Positions 29,351-38,793 of a DNA stretch of 64,000 nucleotides are shown here, one piece after another. The notes under the pieces are model-generated. The model had not been told where the DNA came from. It searched no databases and worked only from the letters and a program-made list of their open reading frames with translations. The stretch is from Bacteroidales bacterium (lineage in GTDB: Bacteria > Bacteroidota > Bacteroidia > Bacteroidales > VadinHA17): assembly GCA_021371855.1 (NCBI GenBank), contig JAJFVL010000046.1:53897-117896 (forward strand), given 5' to 3'. A program made the position numbers and the translations under genes. Position 1 is the first letter of the stretch. Each line of letters begins with the position of its first letter.

Positions 29351-29430
29351 GGAACTGCACATGATTAACTTCGCTGAGCTCTCCCGACAAGTCGGGATCG
29401 GTTGTGATTTGGATCAACCATGTGGGTTTC
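29351..29430 (-). repeat. Hairpin (MITE/REP-like) element, copy E3, upstream of the nuclease gene
   Basis: In gene sense it begins GAAACCCACATGGTTGATCC and ends TTAATCATGTGCAGTTCC. The proximal end is 27 nt upstream of the ATG at 29323. Confidence 0.8.
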
Positions 29431-29669
29431 ATATCATTTGTTTATATACCAGATAGATAATCAGTTTCTTTATGCATCTGACAAATATAAATATATTGGG
29501 GATAAGACTAAGATTTACCATATCCTTTTTTATCAACATCATTTCAATTAAGTCAAAATCTTCATAAATCTAAACTCCTACAAAGTTAATCATGTTGACA
29601 AGTATCTTAGCCTTCTTCGACCAGAAATAAAATAATCAATGCATTGGTTTGTAAATAATCTTATTTTTA

Positions 29670-29677
29670 TATCTTTG
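29670..29677 (+). promoter_or_regulatory. Candidate -7 box (TATCTTTG) for rplU-rpmA
   Basis: It matches TAnnTTTG and would give a leader of roughly 90 nt before the ATG at 29773. Confidence 0.5.
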
Positions 29678-29772
29678 CAGTCCGAAATTGGATAAATCCG
29701 AAGGGGGCAATTGAAGTTATATGATTATTTGATTGTATACGCCTCACGGAGTAACGTAAAAATAATTATAAG

Positions 29773-30285
29773 ATGTACGCAATCGTAGAAATTGCAGGCC
29801 AGCAGTTTAAAGTAGAGCAAGGTAAAAAGATATTTGTTCACCGCCTTGAAGATAAAATTGAAACCGAGGTTAAATTTGACAAAGTTCTCTTAATTGAAGA
29901 AGATGGCAAAATTATTATCGGGGAACCCACAATCAAAGATGCCTTTGTTGATGGTAAGATACTTGACGACACTGTAAGAGGTGATAAAGTTATTGTCTTC
30001 AAAAAGAAGAGAAAAAAAGGTTACAGGGTAAAAAATGGACACCGTCAGAATTTTACCCAGGTTGAAATTTTAAGTATTAACGGAAAGACATTACCAAAGA
30101 AAGCAGTACAAAAAAAAGCGGAAGCTAAGGTTGCAGAAACGGAAGTTGCTGCAGAACCTGCAGTAAAAAAACAAGCCGCCAAAAAGACAGCTGCAAAAAA
30201 AGAAGCTCCCGATAAGAAAGTTGCAGAAAAGAAACCGGCTGCAAAAAAACCGGCTGCCAAGAAACCAGCAAAAGGTAAAGAATAA
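29773..30285 (+). CDS. rplU: 50S ribosomal protein L21 with a Lys/Ala-rich C-terminal extension
   Basis: The N-terminus MYAIVEIAGQQFKV and the core up to about residue 103 are canonical L21. This is followed by an extension of roughly 65 aa made of KKxAAKK-type repeats. Confidence 0.93.
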   Translation: MYAIVEIAGQQFKVEQGKKIFVHRLEDKIETEVKFDKVLLIEEDGKIIIGEPTIKDAFVDGKILDDTVRGDKVIVFKKKRKKGYRVKNGHRQNFTQVEILSINGKTLPKKAVQKKAEAKVAETEVAAEPAVKKQAAKKTAAKKEAPDKKVAEKKPAAKKPAAKKPAKGKE

Positions 30286-30321
30286 TAAATAAAAAGTTAA
30301 AGCATTTAATAATATATAATT

Positions 30322-30582
30322 ATGGCACACAAGAAAGGAGCAGGTAGTTCACGTAATGGTCGTGACTCGCAAAGTAAACGTCTGGGTGTGAAACTCTTCG
30401 GCGGCCAAACAGCCAAAGCAGGGAGCATTATAGTTCGCCAAAGAGGCACAAAACATAATCCGGGTCTCAATGTCGGCCTTGGAAAGGACCACACTCTTTT
30501 TGCTCTCACTGATGGAGAAGTTGAGTTCACAAGAAAAAGAGATAATAAAACTTATGTGTCGGTTAAACCGATGAGCGAGTAA
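30322..30582 (+). CDS. rpmA: 50S ribosomal protein L27
   Basis: [24 protein letters not shown] is the canonical L27 N-terminus. Confidence 0.97.
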   Translation: MAHKKGAGSSRNGRDSQSKRLGVKLFGGQTAKAGSIIVRQRGTKHNPGLNVGLGKDHTLFALTDGEVEFTRKRDNKTYVSVKPMSE

Positions 30583-30604
30583 ACAGTTATCTTAAAAGAT
30601 ACTG

Positions 30605-30652
30605 ACTCCCGAAATTCTTTTCTGTTACTGGAAAATACTATCGGGAGTTTTT
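30605..30652 (+). terminator. Possible terminator hairpin after rpmA
   Basis: ACTCCCGA ... TCGGGAGT forms an 8-bp stem with a 28-nt loop, followed by TTTTAT. Confidence 0.45.
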
Positions 30653-30662
30653 ATATTTTTAC

Positions 30663-30691
30663 AGCAGGCTTACCGAGGCCTGCTTTTTTAT
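30663..30691 (+). terminator. Rho-independent terminator after rpmA
   Basis: AGCAGGC-ttaccgag-GCCTGCT is followed by TTTTTTATT. Confidence 0.7.
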
Positions 30692-30707
30692 TAATTTTTA
30701 ATTGATT

Positions 30708-31982
30708 ATGCTTACAATTAACCTGATCCGCGAAAAAAAAGAGTTTGTTATCGAAAGGCTCAAAGTAAAAAACTTTAAAGCAGAAGAGATAATTGACAAA
30801 ATCCTTGAACTCGACACCTCCCGCCGCGAAATACAGTCAAAGACCGATTTTTTGCAGAGTGAGATGAACCGGATTTCGAAAGAAATCGGAACACTCATGA
30901 AGAATGGAAATAAAGCAGAAGCCGAAGCTGCCAGGGAAAAGACATATTCCCTTAAAGAAGAGATTAAGACTCTTTCAGGGAAACTGATACCAATAGATAA
31001 TGATCTTAAAACTGAGATTGTCCGGCTTCCTAACCTTCCACATGAATCAGTTCCTGACGGATTTGGCGCTGATGACAATGTAACCGTAAAACAAGGAGGT
31101 GTGATTCCGCAACTTCATGAGACAGCTCTCCCCCACTGGGAACTTATAAAGAAATATGATATAATTGATTTTGACCTTGGCATTAAACTTACAGGGGCGG
31201 GATTCCCTGTTTACAAAGGTAAAGGGGCAAAACTTGAACGTGCTCTTGTCAGTTTCTTCCTTGATGAGGGTGAAAAGGCGGGATATACCGAAATAATGCC
31301 TCCCATTATGGTCAATGAGGATTCAGGCTTCGGAACAGGGCAATTGCCCGATAAAGAAGGACAGATGTATCATGCCACACCTGATAACTTCTATCTTATC
31401 CCCACTGCTGAAGTACCTGTCACCAATATCTACAGAGATGTTATCCTTACGGCTGATGAACTTCCTAAAAAAAATATGGCATATACACCCTGTTTCAGGA
31501 GGGAAGCAGGTTCATGGGGTGCTGATGTCAGAGGTCTCAACCGTCTGCACCAGTTTGATAAAGTAGAAATAGTACGAATCGCACATCCCGATCATTCATA
31601 TGAATCTCTCAATGAAATGGTAAGCCATGTCGAGAACCTTGTTTCAAAACTTGGTCTTCCTTACAGGATACTCAGACTTTGTGGCGGTGATATGTCATTC
31701 ACTTCAGCCCTTACCTACGACTTTGAAGTATGGTCAGCCGCACAGAAACGTTGGCTGGAAGTGAGTTCCGTATCCAACTTTGAATCATTCCAGGCTAACA
31801 GGCTGAAATGCAGGTTTAAGGAGAAAGGCGGCAAGCAGACAAGACTCGTTCATACTCTCAACGGCAGTGCCCTGGCACTCCCAAGAATAGTAGCTGCTTT
31901 GCTCGAGAACAATCAGACTGAATCGGGAATTAAGATACCTGCCGTTCTTGTACCGTATACAGGTTTCGATACAATAGGGTAG
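30708..31982 (+). CDS. serS: Seryl-tRNA synthetase
   Basis: It has an N-terminal coiled-coil arm and class II core motifs (FRREAGS, GSALALPR). The track ORF starts 2 codons earlier, at 30702. Confidence 0.94.
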   Translation: MLTINLIREKKEFVIERLKVKNFKAEEIIDKILELDTSRREIQSKTDFLQSEMNRISKEIGTLMKNGNKAEAEAAREKTYSLKEEIKTLSGKLIPIDNDLKTEIVRLPNLPHESVPDGFGADDNVTVKQGGVIPQLHETALPHWELIKKYDIIDFDLGIKLTGAGFPVYKGKGAKLERALVSFFLDEGEKAGYTEIMPPIMVNEDSGFGTGQLPDKEGQMYHATPDNFYLIPTAEVPVTNIYRDVILTADELPKKNMAYTPCFRREAGSWGADVRGLNRLHQFDKVEIVRIAHPDHSYESLNEMVSHVENLVSKLGLPYRILRLCGGDMSFTSALTYDFEVWSAAQKRWLEVSSVSNFESFQANRLKCRFKEKGGKQTRLVHTLNGSALALPRIVAALLENNQTESGIKIPAVLVPYTGFDTIG

Positions 31983-32079
31983 AGAAATAACCACCCTGTC
32001 ATCCGCCAGTTGGCGGAAGTGAACGACCTGGTAAAAACCCTGATTTATATATCTGTAACACAGTATATTAATATCATTA

Positions 32080-32964
32080 ATGGACCGTACAAAATCATCA
32101 TATATTTATGCCGGACTGGCAATTTTTTTCTGGTCAACTATTCCCACTGCATTCAAAATAAGTCTCAGAGAATTAAACCTGCTGCAAGTTCTGACCATTG
32201 CCTCATGTACATCTACCTTGGTACTGCTCATAATATTATTGGCAGGTAAAAAATCCGGTCTGGTCAGAAAAACAACAGGAAGAGAGATACTGAATTCTGC
32301 CATTCTTGGTTTCATCAATCCCTTCCTGTATTACCTTATCCTTTTAAAAGCATACCAGTTACTTCCGGCGCAGATTGCCCAGCCACTGAATATGATATGG
32401 CCTATTATTCTGGTTTTCCTCTCTGTTCCGATCCTGAAGCAAAAAATAAAACGGGAAAGTTACATCGCGCTCTTTATCAGCTTCGCGGGAGTTTATGTTA
32501 TATCCTCGCAGGGAACTCCTTTTAATCCAGGCCATGCCGATCTTACAGGAGTGATTCTCGCCACCGGAAGTTCGATTTTCTGGGCACTCTATTTTATATT
32601 GAACGTCAGAGATAACCGGGATGAAACAGTTAAACTCTTTCTTAATTTTCTTTTTGGCTCAGCATATCTTGTTATTGCAATGACCATCACCGGAGAATGG
32701 CAAACCGGGATCGGACCAAATGGGGCAATTGCATCAGTTTATATTGGAATATTTGAAATGGGCATTACATTTCTCTTCTGGCTGAAAGCTCTGAAACTGG
32801 CTCATACGACAGATAAGGTAAGCAATCTCGTTTATATTGCTCCTTTTATTTCTTTGATTTTTGTACACTTTATCCTTCATGAATCCGTTTATTATACAAC
32901 TTTTGCAGGACTGTTGCTGATCATTTCCGGTATACTTATACAGAACCGCAGTTCTGCAAAATGA
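32080..32964 (+). CDS. EamA/DMT family transporter
   Basis: 294 aa with about ten TM helices arranged as two EamA-like halves. Confidence 0.75.
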   Translation: MDRTKSSYIYAGLAIFFWSTIPTAFKISLRELNLLQVLTIASCTSTLVLLIILLAGKKSGLVRKTTGREILNSAILGFINPFLYYLILLKAYQLLPAQIAQPLNMIWPIILVFLSVPILKQKIKRESYIALFISFAGVYVISSQGTPFNPGHADLTGVILATGSSIFWALYFILNVRDNRDETVKLFLNFLFGSAYLVIAMTITGEWQTGIGPNGAIASVYIGIFEMGITFLFWLKALKLAHTTDKVSNLVYIAPFISLIFVHFILHESVYYTTFAGLLLIISGILIQNRSSAK

Positions 32965-33017
32965 TAAATCGTTATCTTTGAATTCTTTTTACAGACTTTT
33001 AATCAAAATATTCAAAT

Positions 33018-33082
33018 GAAACCTCCATGTTTTCCAATATACCAACAAGAATGAAAATAATTTTTCAAAGCATGGAGGTTCC
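33018..33082 (+). repeat. Hairpin (MITE/REP-like) element, copy E4, upstream of the S41 peptidase gene
   Basis: The arms are GAAACCTCCATGTTTT ... AAAGCATGGAGGTTCC, with 10 perfect bp. The proximal end is 30 nt upstream of the ATG at 33113. Confidence 0.75.
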
Positions 33083-33112
33083 ATCCAACCTTAAATTAAA
33101 AATTATTTCCGG

Positions 33113-34411
33113 ATGAAAAGACTCTTCTTTTTAATGTTAATACTCCTGGCATTATCAGTATCGTGTAAAAAAGACAATACCGACAATGATGAAAACTCTA
33201 TGAAGACAGTAGGAAGGGACATGCTATTCTCTGTTATGCAAAAATGGTACTACTGGTACGATCTTATGCCTACTGTTACAAAGGAGGATTATAAGGATCC
33301 GTATGAACTGCTCGAAGCCATGAGATATAAAAAACTTGACAAATGGAGCTTCGTCGCTGACTATAAAGAATTTATGGCTGAAATGGAGGGAACATTTGTA
33401 GGCCATGGTTTCAGGATCGGTGTTGATGAATCAGGAAAAGCCCGTATAGCAATGATCTATAAGAGATCGCCTTTATATAAGGAAGGGGTGCGCAGGGGAT
33501 GGATTGTAAAAACAATAAACGGAACTGATATAGCTCCGATTATCACCTCTGGGGATGCCGCAGCATATAATAGTGTCATAGGGGCAAGCACTGCAGGAGT
33601 TACCAACGTATTTGTGTTCAAACGTCCCGATGGCACAGATGTTACAATATCCTCGGCAAAATCAACCTTCTCGGTCAACTCGGTTCTGGAGTACGATACT
33701 CTGCATCTCGCTTCAGGTATAACGGGTCATCTTGTCTTTGAATCATTTATTGAACCATCGGAAGCTGAGCTTGACACAGCTTTTGCATTCTTTAATGCAA
33801 ATGGCGTAAAAGATATGATACTTGACCTTCGTTACAACACAGGCGGATATCTTTATATAGCCCAGGAGCTTGCAAGTTATATTGCCGGCAATGAAAGAAA
33901 GGGTAGTACTTTTGCCGAATTAAGCTATAATGATAAAAATCAGTCGGAGAATATCATTTATCCCTTTATAACTACATCCTATCCCGTTTCATCTGCAAAA
34001 ATGGCTGTAATCACAACCCGGTCTACAGCTTCTGCAAGTGAAGCTGTGATGAACGGATTAAAACCTTTCTTGAATATTGTCAGCATCGGTGACACTACAA
34101 ATGGCAAACCTGTCGGAATGAATGGATATCCGGTCGGTACAACATATTATTTATGGCCTATTACTTTCAAAATTGTAAATTCATCCAATGAAGGAGACTA
34201 TTTCGACGGTATTGCTCCTTCAAAAATAGCGTCGGACGATATAACCCATGACTTTAGTGACAGGAATGAAACATGTCTTAATGCAGCTATCCAATATCTT
34301 GAAACAGGAACTTTTTCAGGGAAAGGAGCCTCATCATTCAAACGCTCACCACAGTACTCAGAGAAGCCTTCGTGGATGAACAATGCATTTGCAACAGATA
34401 AGGATAAATAA
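33113..34411 (+). CDS. S41 family peptidase, lipoprotein
   Basis: It has a signal peptide plus lipobox (LALSVSC), the S41 motif DLRYNTGGYL and the serine nucleophile context RSTASASE. Confidence 0.8.
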   Translation: MKRLFFLMLILLALSVSCKKDNTDNDENSMKTVGRDMLFSVMQKWYYWYDLMPTVTKEDYKDPYELLEAMRYKKLDKWSFVADYKEFMAEMEGTFVGHGFRIGVDESGKARIAMIYKRSPLYKEGVRRGWIVKTINGTDIAPIITSGDAAAYNSVIGASTAGVTNVFVFKRPDGTDVTISSAKSTFSVNSVLEYDTLHLASGITGHLVFESFIEPSEAELDTAFAFFNANGVKDMILDLRYNTGGYLYIAQELASYIAGNERKGSTFAELSYNDKNQSENIIYPFITTSYPVSSAKMAVITTRSTASASEAVMNGLKPFLNIVSIGDTTNGKPVGMNGYPVGTTYYLWPITFKIVNSSNEGDYFDGIAPSKIASDDITHDFSDRNETCLNAAIQYLETGTFSGKGASSFKRSPQYSEKPSWMNNAFATDKDK

Positions 34412-34434
34412 ATTTTCGTCTATATTTTTAAATA

Positions 34435-34995
34435 TTGAAGGTACAACCAAAAGAGAGGATAATTTTAGGTATTGATCCTGGCACCACTATCACCGGATAT
34501 GGTGTAATAAAAGTTAACGGTACAATTCCCGAACTCATAACCATCGGATCGATCGATCTTTCAAAATTTGAAGATCCGTACCTTAAATTGAAGCATATTT
34601 TCGAAAGGGTAACAGGAATTATCAATGAATATCATCCTGACGAACTGGCTATTGAGGCTCCTTTTTACGGTAAAAATGTTCAATCGATGCTGAAGCTGGG
34701 CAGAGCTCAGGGAGCAGCAATTGCAGCAGCATTACAGCACTCATTGCCGATATTTGAGTATGCCCCGAGAAAGATTAAAATGTCAATTACGGGTCAGGGT
34801 GCAGCTTCGAAGGAGCAGGTTGCCTCAATGCTCATGAATATCCTGAAATTCAAAAATACCGATTTAAAACTCGATGCAACAGATGGTCTGGCAGCTGCTT
34901 TATGCCATTTCTACCAGACCAATAAACCTGTGCAGGGAAAAGCCTATAACAGCTGGAAAGATTTCATGAATAAGAATCCCGGGAGGGTCAAATGA
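34435..34995 (+). CDS. ruvC: Crossover junction endodeoxyribonuclease RuvC
   Basis: The ILGIDPGTTITGYGVI motif (catalytic Asp), a later EAPF motif and a C-terminal DATDGLAAALCH motif are present. Confidence 0.93.
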   Translation: MKVQPKERIILGIDPGTTITGYGVIKVNGTIPELITIGSIDLSKFEDPYLKLKHIFERVTGIINEYHPDELAIEAPFYGKNVQSMLKLGRAQGAAIAAALQHSLPIFEYAPRKIKMSITGQGAASKEQVASMLMNILKFKNTDLKLDATDGLAAALCHFYQTNKPVQGKAYNSWKDFMNKNPGRVK

Positions 34996-35006
34996 GCCTT
35001 GTTACC

Positions 35007-35708
35007 TCACACTGCTGCGAATGCCAGCGCTACTACACTTACTCTCACTCCTTCAAACTTAAGCAGCTCGCAGGCGCATGATTCAATTGTCGATCCTGTA
35101 GTGATGACATCATCTACAAGCAAAATATGACTGCCCAATATTTCACCTGGATCAGCAACCTGGAAAATTCCATCTACATTTGTCCATCTTTCGTAACGCG
35201 ACCGTTTTGTCTGTGTCGCAGAAACCTTAATCCTTGCCAGGGAATTTGTATTTACAGGCAATCCGGTTACCTCAGCGATCCCGTTTGAAATAATCTCACT
35301 TTGATTAAATCCCCGTATCTTTTTTTTTGAAGGATGAAGCGGCACCGGAATAATAAGATCAATACCTGTTGTAAATCCTGAAGATTTTAATGATATCCCG
35401 TATATTCTGCCGAGTTCATAACCGATTTCCTTTATCCCTTTGTATTTCAGGTTATGAATAAGATTTCTGATCCTGCTCCCCTTGTTGTAAAATGAGAATG
35501 CAGCGGCTTTTTCTATAGGACATCTCCCCCAGAAAAGCTGTTCCACAGGATTTTCATTTTTCAAATGATAGTTGGTCCTTGGAATAACCACATAACACTC
35601 AGTGCAGATAAGATTTTCATTTCTGAGAAGATGCTCTCCGCAGGCATAGCAAAGCCTTGGAAAGAGAAGACTGACAAAATCGTCCCATAAATCATATAAG
35701 TAACTCAT
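35007..35708 (-). CDS. comF: ComF family protein (PRTase-fold)
   Basis: It has N-terminal Cys pairs (CYACG...CTEC) and the PRPP-binding motif ILLVDDVITTGST. Confidence 0.85.
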   Translation of the reverse strand: MSYLYDLWDDFVSLLFPRLCYACGEHLLRNENLICTECYVVIPRTNYHLKNENPVEQLFWGRCPIEKAAAFSFYNKGSRIRNLIHNLKYKGIKEIGYELGRIYGISLKSSGFTTGIDLIIPVPLHPSKKKIRGFNQSEIISNGIAEVTGLPVNTNSLARIKVSATQTKRSRYERWTNVDGIFQVADPGEILGSHILLVDDVITTGSTIESCACELLKFEGVRVSVVALAFAAV

Positions 35709-35883
35709 GCAGCGAGCAGAATTATATCAGTAAAGATATGAAATCCCGCTATAATCAAAGAGGATTACGGGTAAAGCCTGGTGTCATTGTGGCAAAATAA
35801 AAACTTACTCTTGCCCCCAAGGCACAAAGTAACACCCGGATGATTGATCTTTAAAGTTGTTATGAATAGAACAATAGAATGCC

Positions 35884-36282
35884 TTATAGGGCAACCTTCC
35901 CTCTTATTTTTGCTGCGATCTCCATGAATTCTTCCGGGGTGAATTTCAGCTTTGGGTTTTTGAAGTTTATATCCTCCATGGTATCCAGAGGAACAAGATG
36001 GATATGAGCATGAGGAACATCAAGTCCCAAGACTGCAACACCTATACGGTTACATGGGAATGAGCTCCTGATTGCCGATGCAACCTTTTTGGAGAAAATC
36101 ATCATCCCGGCAAGTTGCTCATCATCCAGATCAAAAATGTAATCTGTTTCCTTTTTAGGTACAACAAGAGTGTGTCCGGCTCTGAGAGGATTTATATCCA
36201 GAAATGCAAAATAGTCTTTGTCCTCGGCTACCTTATAGCAAGGAATTTCCCCTTTAATGATGCGTGTGAAAATAGTTGCCAT
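35884..36282 (-). CDS. HIT family protein
   Basis: The histidine triad HAHIHLVP is present in a 132-aa protein. Confidence 0.9.
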   Translation of the reverse strand: MATIFTRIIKGEIPCYKVAEDKDYFAFLDINPLRAGHTLVVPKKETDYIFDLDDEQLAGMMIFSKKVASAIRSSFPCNRIGVAVLGLDVPHAHIHLVPLDTMEDINFKNPKLKFTPEEFMEIAAKIRGKVAL

Positions 36283-36300
36283 GATGATATAACAGATTTA

Positions 36301-36774
36301 TTACAGTGAAATAGAAATAATTTCAAAAGGTATCACTCCCGATGGCACCTTGATTTGAACAATATCCCCCACCTTCTTTCCGATCAGACCCTGTGCTATG
36401 GGAGAACTGACAGCAAGTTTCCCGATCTTAAAGTTTGCCTCACTTTCAGGAACAAGCTGGTACTCCATAACTGCATTACTTGATTTGTTCTTTATTTTTA
36501 CTTTATTAAGTATTCTGACAGTTGAAGTATCTCTTTTTGTTTCATCAATAACTCTTGACCTGGCAACAACATCCTCAAGCTTTGAGATTTTCATCTCAAG
36601 CAAACCCTGTGCCTCCTTGGCAGCAGAATACTCTGCATTCTCAGAAAGGTCGCCTTTATCTCTTGCTTCAGCTATCTGTTTAGATATCGAAGGCCTCTCA
36701 ACATTTCTTAGCTGGTCGAGTTCCTCTTTAAGTTTTTGGAGACCTTCTTCAGTAACATAAATAATCTCTGCCAT
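36301..36774 (-). CDS. greA: Transcription elongation factor GreA
   Basis: 157 aa. It has a coiled-coil N-terminus with the acidic tip (DLSENAEY) and a C-terminal globular domain (SPIAQGLIGKKVGD). Confidence 0.94.
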   Translation of the reverse strand: MAEIIYVTEEGLQKLKEELDQLRNVERPSISKQIAEARDKGDLSENAEYSAAKEAQGLLEMKISKLEDVVARSRVIDETKRDTSTVRILNKVKIKNKSSNAVMEYQLVPESEANFKIGKLAVSSPIAQGLIGKKVGDIVQIKVPSGVIPFEIISISL

Positions 36775-36915
36775 TTCTCTAATATATTTAAAAAATAAGA
36801 AGAATCCCGGGGTTTCCGGAACTCTTCAGAAACAAATTTACAAATTTTTTAATTAATTACAAATTTAATCTCGTTAAGAGATGTTCTACAAGTATTTATC
36901 TTCAATAATGCATTG

Positions 36916-37293
36916 TTACCTATATTTCCCCCTTGCTTTTTTTGTGTTCTTTTTTACATTCTTCTTTTTTGCTTTGTCACGGATCGAGGAATCCTTTTGA
37001 TTTTGCTTCATACGAGCCTGTACTTCAGGCGTTTGAATATCATATGCTCTTTTTTGAGATTCCTTAACAGCCTTTGCGTAATCCTTTTTATGTTTTTTTT
37101 CTTTAGCTTCCTGTTTCTTTTTCGCCTTTACTACAGCCCCAGGTTCTTTTATCTTTACATTTTTCCCTTTGCCAGCAGATTTTCCGAATAATTCCTTTTC
37201 AGTATTCCGGGAACTCTTTTTATGAAAAATCTGTGCATCGGAGACACCAATGGTCAAAAAGAGAATAAAAGACAGTAGAAATAATTTTCTCAT
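36916..37293 (-). CDS. Hypothetical secreted, highly basic (Lys-rich) protein
   Basis: It has the signal peptide MRKLFLLSFILFLTIGVSDA followed by about 100 aa of K/E-rich low-complexity sequence. Confidence 0.5.
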   Translation of the reverse strand: MRKLFLLSFILFLTIGVSDAQIFHKKSSRNTEKELFGKSAGKGKNVKIKEPGAVVKAKKKQEAKEKKHKKDYAKAVKESQKRAYDIQTPEVQARMKQNQKDSSIRDKAKKKNVKKNTKKARGKYR

Positions 37294-37347
37294 ATATCTT
37301 AGGTGATCCTATTATTAACTTAAAAGAGCCAAGCAGTAAAGAAATAA

Positions 37348-38763
37348 TTAGTACCGGTAATGATCTGCCTTATACGGTCCCTCTTGTGGTACTCCGATAT
37401 AATCTGATTGCAGCTTTGTGAGTTTTGTGAGTTTCACACCAAGCTGATCAAGATGCAAGCGGGCAACTTCCTCATCGAGGTTTTTTGGAAGACGATAAAC
37501 ACCGATCTTATATTTATTTTTCCAAAGATCGATTTGTGCAAGTGTCTGGTTACTGAAAGAGTTACTCATCACGAATGAAGGATGACCCGTAGCACATCCA
37601 AGGTTCACCAGACGTCCCTCTGCAAGAATAAAAATAGCATGTCCGTCGGGGAAAAGATATTTATCTACCTGGGGTTTGATACCTGTTTTTTTAATTCCCT
37701 TCAGCGCATTAAGGTTATCGACCTGTATCTCATTATCGAAATGACCAATATTACAAACAATTGCCTGATCTTTCATTTTCAGCATATGATCAAGAGTGAT
37801 AATATCCCTGTTCCCGGTAGCTGTTACAAAAATATTCCCCTCATCAAGAGTATCTTCTACTGTTTTAACTTCAAAGCCTTCCATTGATGCCTGCAATGCA
37901 CAAATCGGGTCTATCTCAGTAACAATTACCCTTGCACCATACGATCTCATCGATTTTGCACATCCTTTCCCAACATCACCGTACCCGCATACAACAACCA
38001 CCTTCCCGGCTATCATAACATCGGTTGCTCTTTTTATACCATCGGCCAGTGATTCACGGCAACCGTACAGATTGTCGAATTTCGATTTTGTGACAGAATC
38101 ATTAACGTTAATTGCGGGCACAAGTAATTCGCCGTTTTCCATCATCTGATACAACCTGTGAACCCCTGTAGTCGTCTCTTCAGATATTCCTTTTAGTTCG
38201 CTTATTGTCTGGTGCCATTTCCCTGGTTCTTTTGCCAGAATATCCTTTAGCGTTGAAAGGATAATTGACTCCTCTCTGTTTTCAGGTTTCTTATTGAGTA
38301 TCTCAGGTGAATTTTCAGCTTTATAACCAAGATGGACTAAAAGTGATGCATCTCCGCCATCATCAACAATAAGATTCGGCCCCTTTCCTTCAGGGAACGA
38401 CAATGCCTGTGCAGTGCACCACCAGTAATCCTCAAGTGTTTCCCCTTTCCATGAAAACACAGGAATACCTCTTGCTGCAATAGCTGCTGCTGCATGATCC
38501 TGTGTTGAAAAAATATTGCAACTTGCCCAACGTACATCAGCGCCGAGCTCATAAAGAGTCTCAATAAGTACAGCCGTTTGAATTGTCATATGAAGAGAAC
38601 CAGTAATACGTGCCCCTTTTAATGGTTTCTCTACAGAATATTTTTTCCTGATTGACAACAGACCCGGCATCTCTTTCTCGGCAATTTCAATCTCTCTTCT
38701 GCCAAAATCTGCAAGAGTTATATCTTTTACTTTATACTCCATAGTATCCAGTTTTACATTCAT
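37348..38763 (-). CDS. ahcY: Adenosylhomocysteinase
   Basis: 471 aa with the NAD-binding motif [10 protein letters not shown] and GHFDNEI. Confidence 0.96.
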   Translation of the reverse strand: MNVKLDTMEYKVKDITLADFGRREIEIAEKEMPGLLSIRKKYSVEKPLKGARITGSLHMTIQTAVLIETLYELGADVRWASCNIFSTQDHAAAAIAARGIPVFSWKGETLEDYWWCTAQALSFPEGKGPNLIVDDGGDASLLVHLGYKAENSPEILNKKPENREESIILSTLKDILAKEPGKWHQTISELKGISEETTTGVHRLYQMMENGELLVPAINVNDSVTKSKFDNLYGCRESLADGIKRATDVMIAGKVVVVCGYGDVGKGCAKSMRSYGARVIVTEIDPICALQASMEGFEVKTVEDTLDEGNIFVTATGNRDIITLDHMLKMKDQAIVCNIGHFDNEIQVDNLNALKGIKKTGIKPQVDKYLFPDGHAIFILAEGRLVNLGCATGHPSFVMSNSFSNQTLAQIDLWKNKYKIGVYRLPKNLDEEVARLHLDQLGVKLTKLTKLQSDYIGVPQEGPYKADHYRY

Positions 38764-38785
38764 TTTTCAACTTATTTTAAGTGTG

Positions 38786-38793
38786 CAAAGATA
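38786..38793 (-). promoter_or_regulatory. Candidate -7 box (TATCTTTG on the minus strand) for ahcY
   Basis: The plus strand reads CAAAGATA, 22 nt upstream of the ATG at 38763. Confidence 0.5.

Noticed and set aside
30045-30330. Minus-strand ORFs of 71 and 79 aa antisense to the 3' end of rplU.
   Set aside because: They are artefacts of the low-complexity AAG/GCA repeats that encode the Lys/Ala tail, read in reverse.
32003-32018. The near-palindrome TCCGCCAGTTGGCGGA downstream of serS, considered as a terminator or operator.
   Set aside because: The stem is short, the loop is minimal, no U-tract follows and there is no second copy. That is not enough to call a feature.
35790-35835. The sequence caaaataaaaacttactcttgcccccaaggcacaaagtaacacc between comF and the HIT gene, which resembles short repeat words seen in other Bacteroidota intergenic regions.
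   Set aside because: There is a single occurrence in this window and no clear internal structure. I cannot support calling it a repeat element.
36916-37293. The Lys-rich secreted 125-aa protein, considered as a possible antimicrobial or toxin-like peptide.
   Set aside because: Composition alone is not evidence. There are no partner genes (immunity, transporter or processing) adjacent, so I keep it as a hypothetical protein only.
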